A DNA stretch of 64,000 bases from Blastocatellia bacterium (GCA_963765495.1 CAVXWP010000009.1:224001-288000); one strand, 5' to 3'; positions 29,260 through 39,370 are shown, numbered from the stretch's first letter. Numbers and translations: made by a program. The notes: generated from the letters alone by a model not told the origin.

Positions 29260-31443
29260 TCAACCAAAGAAGCTAACGGCCTGCAAAAAGGACTGGAACC
29301 AGAACATCGCTCCCGTAGACCATCTCGCGGCAGCGCCCGCGCCCGTGTGCTCTGTCCAGCTATTGTTAATTATGCTGGCATCGAGCAGAACTTTTTCGTG
29401 CGGGTCCAGTTGAGCCGTCTTCAGCTTCGAAGGGGTTGAAAACCTGAGTTTCTTCCAGCGATCTTTTATTGCCCACGAATCTTTCCACTGGCTTCCGTCC
29501 CGGCTGTTGCTGAACTGGTACTCGATGACCCCATCGTGCATAGAAACGGGCGCGGCACTGATCCGGCTGCCGTCTTCAAATGTAAAAAGCAACTCTACGG
29601 GGAAGTATGCCTCTCCCACGCGGCGTAGCGAGACTTCCGTTTGATAGTCGCCGCTTTTATCCCGGGAATCATCTTCTTTGACTTCCGTCTTCTGTCCGTT
29701 TTCGTCATAGAGGCCAAGACGTTCGCCTTGCTGCTCGCTTGTCGCATCCGATATCTCGTAATCGAGCGTCTGAGTTCCTTTGACAAACTGATCGAAGAAC
29801 CAGTTCATATCCTGCCCCGTGACACGGTTGACGGTTTCAAAGAAATCTTCACTCGAAGGATGTCGAAAACGCCACTGCCGTTGGTACTCGCGCATTACGC
29901 GCGCCATCTGGTCTTCACCCAGGAAGCGTTCCAGCGTACGCAATGTCAGTCCTGTGCGCGGGTAGGAATTCAGGCCGTAGCTGAGCGTGCTATAAAACTT
30001 CCAGGCGGGCGTCAGAATCGGATCGTTGAATTTGCCGCGCAGGGTGATTACGCGATCCTCGATTGGATGCGGAAATTCCGCCGGGAAATAAAGCAACGGA
30101 ATCCCCCACCATCTGAACGCCACCTCGTCCGCGCCGTAAGCCGTTTCGAGGACTTTCCCCGTCGAATAGGTGTTGAATCCTTCATCGAGCCACGACTCTT
30201 CAAATTCGTTTGTGGCCACAAGCCCGTACCAGAACTGATGCCCGAATTCGTGAACGATCACGCCTTCGGGATTTTGATCGTGGCCCGGCCACCACGTAGT
30301 GCCCGCCGTGATGAGCGTGGGATATTCCATGCCGCCTGCGCCGCCCGCCCCGTATGGAGGATCAACCACCGTCAATGTGTCGTAAGGGTATTTGCCGTAC
30401 CACAATCCGAAATATTTTATGGCGTTGAAGGCGGCCTTGAAATGGCGGTCAATCTGGTCCCGGTGTTCGGGTTGAATCACAAGGGTCACATCGACATTCT
30501 TGAGCTTGATCTGATCCTCGGGCAATTTGAGGCGCGCGGCTTCTGCCTGAATCTCCTGCTCGGTCACCTGTTGCTCGGCGTTGAAGGTGCGAACCTCTTT
30601 TATGTACCCGGCGTCCACGGTCCAGGCGAAATCGTGCACGTTCTCTTGAAAAAAATTGTATGTTATAGAGCCGTCTTCATTGGAACGCTCGAAGCGGAGC
30701 TTTCCGGTCGCCCCTATTTTATCTTTGTAGACGGGCGGCACGGTCAGGTTGACATCAAATACGCCAAAGTCTGCATAGAATTCGCTCGTAGCGTGGAATT
30801 GATGGCAATTCCACCCGGCCTTTTGAACGTGCCGTTCGCCTACCCCCTCCCACACGCCGATCTTTGGGAACCACTGACCCACCATTGCAAACCGGCCCCA
30901 GTAGCCGGTCCTTGCAAACACGCGAGGCAGCCTTGAAACGAAACTGATGTCGAGCGTTATCTGCTCGCCCGGCGTGACAGGCTTTGCCAGCCCCACGCGG
31001 ATTACCGTCTGGTCGTCAGCGTTGTCATCATCCGGATGAATAAATGCGATTTTGCCTGTAAGGTCCTCTCCGTCAACGATCTTCATCGAGTTCACATCAA
31101 TCCAGCCCCACTCGCCCGGTTCGAAACGGTCTCCGCGAAGCTCGCCGCCCGACTCCCTGAAGAATGTGCTCTTCTCGTTTTTGAAGGCGTTCAGATAAAG
31201 GTGGAATTGAAGCTCGGAAATCGTATCCGGCGAATCGTTGAGCCACGTGAGAAGTTCGTGGCCTTCGATCATCGTAGGTCGTTTTTGATCGTCGAGTTTG
31301 AGCGAGGCGTCAATCTTGTACCAGACAATCGGCTGTGGCTTGTTCTCGGGCATAGCCTGCTGCGCTTGAGCGGGCAGGGCGAACAAAAGAATCAGGGAGA
31401 GTAGAGAAAAAATCCCCGGATGATGGCCGGAATGCTTCTTCAT
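29260..31443 (-). CDS. M1-family zinc aminopeptidase, exported
   Basis: Signal peptide ending AQA; GGMEYP, HEFGHQFW...WLDEG (HExxH-x18-E); ATG 31443 after GGAGG. Confidence 0.92.
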   Translation of the reverse strand: MKKHSGHHPGIFSLLSLILLFALPAQAQQAMPENKPQPIVWYKIDASLKLDDQKRPTMIEGHELLTWLNDSPDTISELQFHLYLNAFKNEKSTFFRESGGELRGDRFEPGEWGWIDVNSMKIVDGEDLTGKIAFIHPDDDNADDQTVIRVGLAKPVTPGEQITLDISFVSRLPRVFARTGYWGRFAMVGQWFPKIGVWEGVGERHVQKAGWNCHQFHATSEFYADFGVFDVNLTVPPVYKDKIGATGKLRFERSNEDGSITYNFFQENVHDFAWTVDAGYIKEVRTFNAEQQVTEQEIQAEAARLKLPEDQIKLKNVDVTLVIQPEHRDQIDRHFKAAFNAIKYFGLWYGKYPYDTLTVVDPPYGAGGAGGMEYPTLITAGTTWWPGHDQNPEGVIVHEFGHQFWYGLVATNEFEESWLDEGFNTYSTGKVLETAYGADEVAFRWWGIPLLYFPAEFPHPIEDRVITLRGKFNDPILTPAWKFYSTLSYGLNSYPRTGLTLRTLERFLGEDQMARVMREYQRQWRFRHPSSEDFFETVNRVTGQDMNWFFDQFVKGTQTLDYEISDATSEQQGERLGLYDENGQKTEVKEDDSRDKSGDYQTEVSLRRVGEAYFPVELLFTFEDGSRISAAPVSMHDGVIEYQFSNSRDGSQWKDSWAIKDRWKKLRFSTPSKLKTAQLDPHEKVLLDASIINNSWTEHTGAGAAARWSTGAMFWFQSFLQAVSFFG

Positions 31444-31582
31444 CAGTAAGCCTCCATCAGTCTTAAAACAACCCAGGTTAATCAAGTGAAGTGCCGTATC
31501 AGAGCCGTGGACAGCCAGTTACCGAGGAGCCGCCCGCCGCACTTATATCAGAAAACCTTTGATTGAACAATGATACGATGCC

Positions 31583-31683
31583 GATTCGTGATTCGTGATT
31601 CGTCATTCGTGACCCGTGGAATTTCCTGTAAAAAGACATTTTTCTTTAAGGTCACGGATCACGGATCACGAATCACGAATCAT
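31583..31683. repeat. GTGA-family heptamer tandem inverted repeat
   Basis: (GATTCGT)3 CATTCGT GACC - spacer - GG(TCACGGA)2 (TCACGAA)2 TCAT; abuts the DUF420 stop. Confidence 0.88.
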
Positions 31684-32108
31684 TACCGCGACGGGTATAT
31701 GTGATAGAGCATCAGGTAAACGATGACGCCCGTGACTGAAACATACAACCACATGGGAAAGGTCCATCGCGCGATTTTTCGATGCCGGGCAAACTGGCCT
31801 TTGAGCCCGCGTGTGAGTGTTACGGCGACAAAGGGAACTATGGTGATGGCAAGGGCTGTGTGGGTAATCAGGATAAAGAAGTAAACGGGTCTGGCAAGGC
31901 CGGTTCCCTGAAAACGGGTCGCGCCCGCGTGATAATGATAGATCAGATAGGAGATAAGGAATATGACGGACACGCAGACCGCGCTCAACATAACCCCGCG
32001 ATGAGCATTCACTCTTTTACGACGAATCAACAGGTAGGCTATTACCAGCAGGATTCCGCTCGTCGCATTCAAAATCGCGTTGAGCGTAGGCAGCATATTG
32101 ATAGACAT
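31683..32108 (-). CDS. DUF420 membrane protein (CtaM/YozB-like oxidase assembly factor)
   Basis: LPTLNAILNA, FLISYLIYH, ILITHTALA, HRKIARWTFPMWLYVSVTG. Confidence 0.92.
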   Translation of the reverse strand: MSINMLPTLNAILNATSGILLVIAYLLIRRKRVNAHRGVMLSAVCVSVIFLISYLIYHYHAGATRFQGTGLARPVYFFILITHTALAITIVPFVAVTLTRGLKGQFARHRKIARWTFPMWLYVSVTGVIVYLMLYHIYPSR

Positions 32109-32164
32109 ATATAGGCCAGGACAATTTTTCGCCGACGGAGCCCCAGACACGGCATTGACTCGGG

Positions 32165-32449
32165 CTACCGCGCCGGGACCTTGGTATCTTTGTTTGCAGG
32201 CTCTTCGGTGGCCTTGTCGCTCTTCTTAAAAGGATTGCGGAGCCAGCCTTTCTGGTAAACCCACATGACGGGGCTTATGATAAACAACAGGGCAAGCAGC
32301 AGCGCCACGAGCAAAAGAAACAGATCGTCAACCCCGGCCTTAAACGTATCGCCTATCGCGGCCCAGCCGGCGGCAAACAGACAGACCAAGGCCAGAACCA
32401 GTAGCACCAGATTCAAAAGGATTATCTCTTTTTCATTCGACTCACGCAT
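32165..32449 (-). CDS. Small 2-TM hypothetical protein in the oxidase cluster
   Basis: ATG 32449 after GAGGA; two hydrophobic helices. Confidence 0.65.
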   Translation of the reverse strand: MRESNEKEIILLNLVLLVLALVCLFAAGWAAIGDTFKAGVDDLFLLLVALLLALLFIISPVMWVYQKGWLRNPFKKSDKATEEPANKDTKVPAR

Positions 32450-32468
32450 CAAGCGGTCCTCACTTAAT

Positions 32469-32518
32469 AGTGACGAAAGGCCGGTACACAGATCTTTCGT
32501 CACTCATCATTTATCACT
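32469..32518. repeat. Degenerate GTGA-family hairpin containing a stop codon
   Basis: AGTGACGAAAG / CTTTCGTCACT plus further TCA units at 7-bp spacing. Confidence 0.55.
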
Positions 32519-32766
32519 CTAAACTGTTTGCCCTGCATGTTGCGATACTTGTAGAAGAGTCCGAACAACCCCGAGAAGAGCACCACGGGAGGTATAAGCA
32601 AGACCGTCACCGCGATATTCAGACCGCGTGTGACGGTCGCCGCATCGGCCGAAGCGGCTATGGATTGGCTGCACATTGCGCACTGGGCAAACGCCTCTTG
32701 CGAGAAGACCAGCGTCACAACCGCCCAGAAGACTGTGCCGACAAAGACGTAACGGATGCTTTTCAC
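32500..32766 (-). CDS. Small exported/membrane protein with an AQCAMC motif
   Basis: Signal peptide ending AFA-QCAMC, then one TM helix. Confidence 0.8.
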   Translation of the reverse strand: MKSIRYVFVGTVFWAVVTLVFSQEAFAQCAMCSQSIAASADAATVTRGLNIAVTVLLIPPVVLFSGLFGLFYKYRNMQGKQFRVINDE

Positions 32767-32797
32767 GACTTTTACTCCTCAGATGCCCGACAACTCT

Positions 32798-33103
32798 TCA
32801 CCTCAAGTGTAACAGGCGGAGACTATCGGGGAACAGAACGGCAAACAGACAATACAAAATTATCACCGTAGGCACGATGGTCAGCATAAGGCTCAGTCGC
32901 TCAAACTTCAGGTGCATAAAATATGCCACGATGAGCGCCGCCTTTATGAAAGACAACCCCATCAGCACGATCAGCATGATGTGCAGAGGGATGTGAATAT
33001 AGGCCAGAAAGACCTCGACGGCGGTCAAGGCCAGCAGCCAGGCCCAGATAAAGATATTCTGCCGGTTGCTGCCTTCGTGCGCGTGTTCGCTATGATCGGC
33101 CAT
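32798..33103 (-). CDS. Cytochrome c oxidase subunit IV
   Basis: LLALTAVEV, KAALIVAYFMHLKFE. Confidence 0.9.
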   Translation of the reverse strand: MADHSEHAHEGSNRQNIFIWAWLLALTAVEVFLAYIHIPLHIMLIVLMGLSFIKAALIVAYFMHLKFERLSLMLTIVPTVIILYCLFAVLFPDSLRLLHLR

Positions 33104-33113
33104 CTCTCCTCCT

Positions 33114-33773
33114 TTATCCGTGCGGCGTAAAGTCTACCGACAGCAAATAGATCAACGGGAAGACAAACATCCACACAAGGTCTACGAAGTGCCAGTACAA
33201 CCCGCTCACTTCAACATCTTCATCATTGAACTTGTTGATCCGCAGGGCGATCACGCCCAGATAGCAGAGTCCAGTGAAGACGTGAAACATGTGAAGGCCC
33301 GTTATGCCAAAAAACGCCGAGCCGAAAAGCGACGATGCCTGCGGCCAGCGCGTGAGCCATTCTTCGGGCAAACTGACCGGGGTCAGCCCCTCCGAAATCA
33401 GGTGGTTCCACTCCATCATGTGCAGGACTATAAAGGAAGCCCCAAAAAACATCGTGGCAAATATCCATTTGCGAGCGCTGCTCTTGTCTCCGCGTTTCGA
33501 GGCCGACACGGCAAAGACCATCGTCAGGCTGCTCGATAACAGCACCAGCGTCATCACGGTTGAAAAGATTATGCTGGGGTTGAACGGAAACGGCGTAGGC
33601 CACGATTCGCTCGCCACACGAACGTAGCTATAGGTGATGAGCATTGCCGCAAACGTAAGCGAGTCGGACATGATGAAAAGCCACATGCCGAGTTTGCGGT
33701 GGCCTACACGATAAGGGAATGCGCCTCCGCTCCAATCCGACGCCGGCAAAGTATCTACTTTCGCGTCCGCCAT
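33114..33773 (-). CDS. Cytochrome c oxidase subunit III (copy 2)
   Basis: KLGMWLFIMSD, ITGLHMFHV, GLYWHFVDLVWMFVF. Confidence 0.93.
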   Translation of the reverse strand: MADAKVDTLPASDWSGGAFPYRVGHRKLGMWLFIMSDSLTFAAMLITYSYVRVASESWPTPFPFNPSIIFSTVMTLVLLSSSLTMVFAVSASKRGDKSSARKWIFATMFFGASFIVLHMMEWNHLISEGLTPVSLPEEWLTRWPQASSLFGSAFFGITGLHMFHVFTGLCYLGVIALRINKFNDEDVEVSGLYWHFVDLVWMFVFPLIYLLSVDFTPHG

Positions 33774-33827
33774 CTATTCACCTCCAAAAGAATTGGTCCA
33801 AAAGACAGGCGCTCTGGCCTGCCCCTA

Positions 33828-34532
33828 TCAGCTCACGAAAAAAAGAAGCACTAAAAGGTACACCCACAACCCATCCATGAAATGCCAGTAGAGCGCAGTT
33901 ATATTGACCGCTATGCGCTTCTTGACGCTTATCCTGAAACGCAACGCGGCAACCGTGATATAGAACAGCGCGATAACGCCGCCCAGCAGATGCACCCCAT
34001 GCAGACAGGTCAGCAAATAAAAGAACGAACTGTGCGGATTGCTGTTGATATAGATCCCCTGCGCCGCCAGTTGCCGCCACGCCATAATCTGCCCGATGAG
34101 AAAGACTACCCCAAGCACGGTTGTAGTCGTGATCCACCTGTTGAAGCGATTATAGTCGTTGCGCCTGAGCGAGCGGCGAGCGGCTTCTATGCTGAAGCTG
34201 CTCACAAGCAGCAGAGCCGTATTCACCCACAGAATCGGAGGCATCCGCAGATCGGTCCACCAGGTTTGCGCGTCATCGCTCAAACCTATTGTGCGGCGCA
34301 GGATCAATGCGCTTGTGAGCGAAACAAACAGCATCATTATTCCGGCCAGACCTACCCACATGCCTATGCGGTATTTGTGCGGCTCTATGGCGTCTTCGCG
34401 TGAGAAGCCGGGCGGCCATTCCTTCGATCCGTTTGGCCCTTCGGGGCCACGCGGATCACCCGGCCCCGGCCCTCCGCTCCCAGACTGTTTGCCCGGCAAA
34501 ACCTTGACATCAGATGTTACTGTTACTCCCAT
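33828..34532 (-). CDS. Cytochrome c oxidase subunit III (copy 1)
   Basis: LTCLHGVHLLGG, LYWHFMDGLW; likely start 34532 because the longer ORF runs into a repeat. Confidence 0.92.
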   Translation of the reverse strand: MGVTVTSDVKVLPGKQSGSGGPGPGDPRGPEGPNGSKEWPPGFSREDAIEPHKYRIGMWVGLAGIMMLFVSLTSALILRRTIGLSDDAQTWWTDLRMPPILWVNTALLLVSSFSIEAARRSLRRNDYNRFNRWITTTTVLGVVFLIGQIMAWRQLAAQGIYINSNPHSSFFYLLTCLHGVHLLGGVIALFYITVAALRFRISVKKRIAVNITALYWHFMDGLWVYLLVLLFFVS

Positions 34533-34538
34533 AATTCT

Positions 34539-34630
34539 ATTTTGGATTTTGGATTTTAGATTTTGGATTGCTGCTGATAATACTTGTACGCGATTCAAGT
34601 TCTAAAATCCAAAATCGGAAATCTAAAATC
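34539..34630. repeat. TTTTGGA-family heptamer tandem inverted repeat
   Basis: (ATTTTGG)2 ATTTTAG ATTTTGG - spacer - CTAAAAT CCAAAAT CGGAAAT CTAAAATC; 3 bp from the subunit I stop. Confidence 0.88.
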
Positions 34631-34633
34631 GGA

Positions 34634-36442
34634 TCAGTCTCCTTTTGATTCCGCCGTATCCACAATATCTGGGTCTGTCTGCATCACGTAATCCTTCGAA
34701 GCGTCGGGCACGCTGAATTCATACGGCCCTCGGTGGACCACAGGCTCGTGCCCGGCGAAATTGTCGTGCGGCGGCGGCGACGGAATGGTCCATTCGAGTG
34801 AAGTCGCTTCCCAGGGGTTTTCAGCAGCCTTGCGCCCCTTTGCCAGACTCCAGAACAGATTGAATATAAAGATCAACTGAGCGCCTACGGTCAAAAATAC
34901 TATGACAGAAATGAACTTGCTGAGCGGCATTATGCCCGCCAGATATTCGAGATTGCTGTGCGTGGCATAACGGCGGGGCGCTCCGGCCATTCCCATCACG
35001 TGGAACGGGATGAAGATGAGGTTGACGCCGATAAAGGTGAGCCAGAAATGGAGCTTTCCGAGCGTGTCGTTCATCATCCGGCCAAACATCTTCGGGAACC
35101 AGAAATAGGTGCCCATGAATATTCCGAAGATCGCCGCAACACCCATAATCAGGTGGAAGTGGCCTACTACGAAATAGGTGTCGTGCAACGGCAAATCAAT
35201 CGAGGTCTGCCCGAGGAAAAGCCCCGTGATTCCGCCCGACACAAAGAGCGACACGAAACCTATGGCAAACATCATCGGCGTTGTGAACCTGATCTGCCCG
35301 CCCCAGAGGGTGCCTATCCAGTTAAAGGTCTTGATTGCCGAAGGCACGCCGATGGTGAGCGTTATGACTGAAAAAGCTATGGCCGAGTAAGGGCTCATCC
35401 CGCTGATGAACATGTGATGGCCCCACACGAAAAAGCCCAGCAGCCCGATGGCGAATATGGCATAGACCATCGCGCGATAACCGAATACGGGTTTGCGCGA
35501 AAAGGTCGAGAGCACGTGCGATGCCAGCCCCATCCCCGGCAGTATCGCTATGTAGACTTCCGGGTGGCCAAAGAACCAGAAGAGGTGTTGCCAGAGTATG
35601 GGCGACCCGCCTTTGTGCTCCGTCAATAACTGGCCGCTCACATATTCGTTGCCCGGTATAAAGAAGCTTGTGCCCGCCAGATGATCGAGCAGCAGCAGTA
35701 TGCCCGCAGCCAAGAGGACCGGGAACGAAAGCAGCGCGAGAACGGCGGTCGTAAACCACGCCCAGCAGGTCAGCGGCAGCCTCATAAGCGACATGCCGCG
35801 AGTGCGCAGGTTCAACATCGTGGTGATGAAATTGAGCGCGCCCAAAAGCGACGCGATACAGAAGAGCGCTATGCTTGTGATCCAGAGGATTACGCCCATC
35901 CCCTGCCCCGGCCCGGCCCTCTCGCCGAGCGCGCTCAGGGGCGCGTATCCGGTCCAGCCTCCTATCGGACCCAGGACGTTTGCCGTTGCATACATCGCCC
36001 CGATCATCACGACCAGCGCCACAAAGGTCACCCAGAACGACAGCATGTTAAGGACGGGGAAGGCCATATCGGCCGCGCCGATTTGAATCGGAAGAAAGTA
36101 ATTACCAAACCCTCCCTGCGGCGCGGTCGTCAAAACGAAAAAGACCATTATCGTGCCGTGCATGGTAACAAGCGACAGGTAGAGTTCCGGCGTAATCGTT
36201 CCGCCTTCGGCGGCAACCGGAAAGATCGTCTTTAGAAATCCCCATTCCTGACCGGGCCAGCCGAGTTGCAGCCGCATCAGCACCGAAAGCAGCATCCCTA
36301 AAACGACGGAGAATAGCGCCAGGAAGTAGTACTGAATGCCAATAACCTTGTGGTCTACACTGAAAATGTATTTTCTGATAAACCCTGTAGGCGGCTCGTG
36401 GCGGTGAACCTCGCCATGAGCAGGATGAGCCACATCTGCCAT
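34634..36442 (-). CDS. ctaD: Cytochrome c oxidase subunit I, A1-type
   Basis: SVDHKVIG, TMHGTIM, WFFGHPEVYI, WGHHMF, HDTYFVVGHFH, PRRY. Confidence 0.97.
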   Translation of the reverse strand: MADVAHPAHGEVHRHEPPTGFIRKYIFSVDHKVIGIQYYFLALFSVVLGMLLSVLMRLQLGWPGQEWGFLKTIFPVAAEGGTITPELYLSLVTMHGTIMVFFVLTTAPQGGFGNYFLPIQIGAADMAFPVLNMLSFWVTFVALVVMIGAMYATANVLGPIGGWTGYAPLSALGERAGPGQGMGVILWITSIALFCIASLLGALNFITTMLNLRTRGMSLMRLPLTCWAWFTTAVLALLSFPVLLAAGILLLLDHLAGTSFFIPGNEYVSGQLLTEHKGGSPILWQHLFWFFGHPEVYIAILPGMGLASHVLSTFSRKPVFGYRAMVYAIFAIGLLGFFVWGHHMFISGMSPYSAIAFSVITLTIGVPSAIKTFNWIGTLWGGQIRFTTPMMFAIGFVSLFVSGGITGLFLGQTSIDLPLHDTYFVVGHFHLIMGVAAIFGIFMGTYFWFPKMFGRMMNDTLGKLHFWLTFIGVNLIFIPFHVMGMAGAPRRYATHSNLEYLAGIMPLSKFISVIVFLTVGAQLIFIFNLFWSLAKGRKAAENPWEATSLEWTIPSPPPHDNFAGHEPVVHRGPYEFSVPDASKDYVMQTDPDIVDTAESKGD

Positions 36443-36460
36443 CTGAAACCTCCTATCTCA

Positions 36461-37291
36461 TTATTGGTACTGTTGCAGTAATTCTCCCATTCGCGTGGTG
36501 AATGCCTCTCCCGGCATGGCCGAAAGCGCGTTGAATTCGTCATCGGGAAGAACGAGCATATAACTCTTCATGTTGTAATGCAGGTTTCCGCATAACTCTG
36601 CGCAGGCGATCTCGTACTTGCCGACTTTATTCGCCGTAAAATGAATGCGGATATTCATACCCGGAACGGCATCCTGTTTTATGCGAAGCGCCGGGACAAA
36701 GAAACTGTGTATAACGTCCTTCGAACGCAGAGTCAATTCCACCGGATGGTTGACGGGAACGGCGAGGGTCGCCACCTGCTGGTCATCGGTAGATGCAGGG
36801 TCTGAGGGGTCTAGGCCGATGAATTCAAGCGCCCCGTCATTTATAAGCTTGGCGTTTGTCTTGCCAAGAGTCTTATCCGCACCGCCGTAGTGAAAATTCC
36901 ATTGAAACTGCTGGGCGACCACTTCCACTTTTACCGCATCGGCGGGCGCCTGGTTCAGATGAAGTTGCGCCCAGACTCTCTGACCCAGAATCGCGATGGA
37001 AATAAAGATGGCCGCTGTGATAATGGTCCAGGTGGCTTCGAGTTTGTTGCTGCCGTGAGAGTAAACAGCCCGCTCGTTGCCTCGCCTACCATATCGGAAG
37101 ACGACGTAACCGAGCGCCACCTGCGCGGCTACGAAAGCTATCGCCACCACTATGAGCGTGCGAATGAACTGCGCGTCTATCATAGGGCCATACTCAGATA
37201 TGGTCTCCGGGAACCACCACCATCGCCCCGCAAACAGTACCACGCTCCCGATTGCGATCAACCACAGCAGTACGCCTATAGCTTTGCCCAT
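36461..37291 (-). CDS. ctaC: Cytochrome c oxidase subunit II (CuA), no fused heme c
   Basis: KLEATWT, QFQW, DVIHSF, CAELCGNLHYNM. Confidence 0.95.
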   Translation of the reverse strand: MGKAIGVLLWLIAIGSVVLFAGRWWWFPETISEYGPMIDAQFIRTLIVVAIAFVAAQVALGYVVFRYGRRGNERAVYSHGSNKLEATWTIITAAIFISIAILGQRVWAQLHLNQAPADAVKVEVVAQQFQWNFHYGGADKTLGKTNAKLINDGALEFIGLDPSDPASTDDQQVATLAVPVNHPVELTLRSKDVIHSFFVPALRIKQDAVPGMNIRIHFTANKVGKYEIACAELCGNLHYNMKSYMLVLPDDEFNALSAMPGEAFTTRMGELLQQYQ

Positions 37292-37304
37292 ATTCCTCCG
37301 CTTC

Positions 37305-37438
37305 GTGAGGGATGAGGGATGAGGGATGAGGGATGAAAAAGAATCTAATTATACAGTCCGATGAACAGGTTTGACTTATTACCGGATTGTTTCCTGAGAG
37401 TCCGTTTCATCCCTCATCCCTCATCCCTCATCCCTCAC
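37305..37438. repeat. GAGGGAT-family heptamer tandem inverted repeat
   Basis: GT(GAGGGAT)4 GAAA - spacer - TTTC(ATCCCTC)4 AC; the last unit supplies the ctaB stop (37435-37437). Confidence 0.92.
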
Positions 37439-38388
37439 TTGTTGAGTACCATCAATGCGAACAGCATCGGCAGATACAAGACCGAGGCTTGCAGGAGCCT
37501 TCGCGCCTGCCACTTCGATCTCACTATCGCCATGCGAGCGCTGAAATAGAGAAAGGCCAAACCAAGCACAATCGCGCCTATTAAATAGACCGTCCCCGCA
37601 AGGTGTACCATAACCGGCAACAGACTGACGGGCAAAAGCATGACCGTGTAGGTGATGATCTGCTGGCACGTGACGCGCCCTTCGGGTTCGACCACTGGAA
37701 GCATCTTTATCCCGGCGCGAGCATAATCATCGCGATACATCCAGGCGATAGCCAGAAAGTGCGGAAACTGCCACAGAAACAGGATCATAAACAGTATCCA
37801 CGCCTCTACGCTGAGCGCGCCCGTGGCAGCCACCCACCCGATCAGCGGCGGCATCGCTCCCGGAAACGCGCCAAGAACCGTTGAAAGCGTGGTTCGGGTC
37901 TTGAGCGGCGTGTACAAAAACAGATAGCTCGCAAATGTCACCACGCCCAGAAAAGCCGTCAGCAAATTTATAAAGACCGCAAGGTAAACCGTAGCGACTG
38001 CCGAAAGTGTTATGCCGAAGGCGAGCGCCTCAACGGGTCGCAGCCTTCCTGAGGGCAAAGGCCGGGATTCGGTCCTCCGCATCAGTTTATCAAGACCGCG
38101 TTCCAGATATTGATTGAGCGTAGCTATGCCGGAAGACAACAGCGCGATGCCTACGGTCATATTCAACAGCCCGCCGTAATCAATCCCCTTCGACGAAGCG
38201 AGGCAGAAACCTGCCGCCGCCGTAAGCACTACCAGAAATGTTATTCGCGGTTTCGTCAGGTCCACATAAGCCGCAATCCGCGCGGCAAAAGTTTGCTGCC
38301 CGCTCTTATCAATATCGAGATTCTCAACATCGAGATTCTCAATATCGAGCGCTTCATCCGTCATCACAGGTCTTGCAATTGATTCCAT
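37435..38388 (-). CDS. ctaB: Protoheme IX farnesyltransferase (heme O synthase)
   Basis: LTKPRIT, DKLMRRTESRPLPSG, YTPLK, GAMPPLIGW, WQFPHF, DYARAG. Confidence 0.95.
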   Translation of the reverse strand: MESIARPVMTDEALDIENLDVENLDIDKSGQQTFAARIAAYVDLTKPRITFLVVLTAAAGFCLASSKGIDYGGLLNMTVGIALLSSGIATLNQYLERGLDKLMRRTESRPLPSGRLRPVEALAFGITLSAVATVYLAVFINLLTAFLGVVTFASYLFLYTPLKTRTTLSTVLGAFPGAMPPLIGWVAATGALSVEAWILFMILFLWQFPHFLAIAWMYRDDYARAGIKMLPVVEPEGRVTCQQIITYTVMLLPVSLLPVMVHLAGTVYLIGAIVLGLAFLYFSARMAIVRSKWQARRLLQASVLYLPMLFALMVLNK

Positions 38389-38392
38389 AAGG

Positions 38393-39370
38393 TTAAGCGG
38401 TCGCCCTCCTCGGCGTTGAAGCCAGTTCTGCCGCAGGGTCGGCAACCTTCTTTTCGTTTTCACTTCGGGGCGCAAGCACTCGATAACACCTCAAAGTCAG
38501 GACCATCACTGTGGCAAGCAGGAGCGCCCCGACCGCAAGATGCGCCACGGTCAAAGAGATCATAGGCTCAAGCGGCAGCGGGTCGCTGCCTGATGCCAGC
38601 CGGGCCAGATAAGCGCCTATTCCGAGCCCGAGTTGAACGACGAGCAGGGCAAGCGCCACGAGCGCCGGGCGACGAAGATAGCGGTCTTTTGCGTGGCGAA
38701 CGAGTACCGTCACAGCGGTTGCTACCAGCAGGATCGTGACAACGAACGCGCCTGAGATATGAGGTATGATGCCGAATGCACGATGTCGAAATCCCGCGCC
38801 GAGCACTAGCTGAACAAGCACGACCGCGATGGTCAAAGGAGCAAGCAGGCGAATCAGGGAATTAGCGGAATCTGCGGTTTGCTCTTGCCGCATCCACCAC
38901 CCGCGAGATGTAAAGACCGCAAGGCTCACAAGCAATGCGAAAAAGCTCTGCGCTATGAGCGCGTGCGGAATCGCGATTGCCGCTTTGTAGGCCGGGAATA
39001 AGACTCTCATTCCGCCGAGCGCGGCCTGCGCGACCACGCCCGCGAATGCCGCGAGAGCCAGCCACTTCACCCACGAGCGCTTCTCTTTTATCCAGGCCCA
39101 GAGGGCGAGCGCAAATGTCGCAAACCCTACCGCGCCTGCGATGACGCGATGCGAGTATTCGTATCGAACGTTTGCTACGAAATTATTTGAGCCGATTATC
39201 CAGCGCCCGAAAGAGAGCGGCCAGTCGGGCACCGAATCGCCCGCCTCGTTGCTTGTGACCAGTCCCCCGGCTACAAGCAACACAAGCGTCAAACAGGCTA
39301 CTATTATTGCGAACCGGTGGAGACCCGTGCTCGGCCCCCATCCGGTTTGATTACCCTTTTGCTCAGTCAA
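38393..39370 (-). CDS. ctaA: Heme A synthase (COX15/CtaA family)
   Basis: GGLVTSNEAGDSVPDWP, EYSHR, QAALGG, IPHA, GAGFRH, TVAH; TTG start. Confidence 0.9.
   Translation of the reverse strand: MTEQKGNQTGWGPSTGLHRFAIIVACLTLVLLVAGGLVTSNEAGDSVPDWPLSFGRWIIGSNNFVANVRYEYSHRVIAGAVGFATFALALWAWIKEKRSWVKWLALAAFAGVVAQAALGGMRVLFPAYKAAIAIPHALIAQSFFALLVSLAVFTSRGWWMRQEQTADSANSLIRLLAPLTIAVVLVQLVLGAGFRHRAFGIIPHISGAFVVTILLVATAVTVLVRHAKDRYLRRPALVALALLVVQLGLGIGAYLARLASGSDPLPLEPMISLTVAHLAVGALLLATVMVLTLRCYRVLAPRSENEKKVADPAAELASTPRRATA

Noticed and set aside
29641-30936. Long antisense ORFs (also 44960-45961, 49185-50276, 59855-61129, 24236-25036)
   Set aside because: They shadow well-supported genes on the opposite strand and show no recognisable motifs
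34533-34598. N-terminal extension IQNLKSKIQN on subunit III
   Set aside because: It is the translation of the TCCAAAA heptamer repeat
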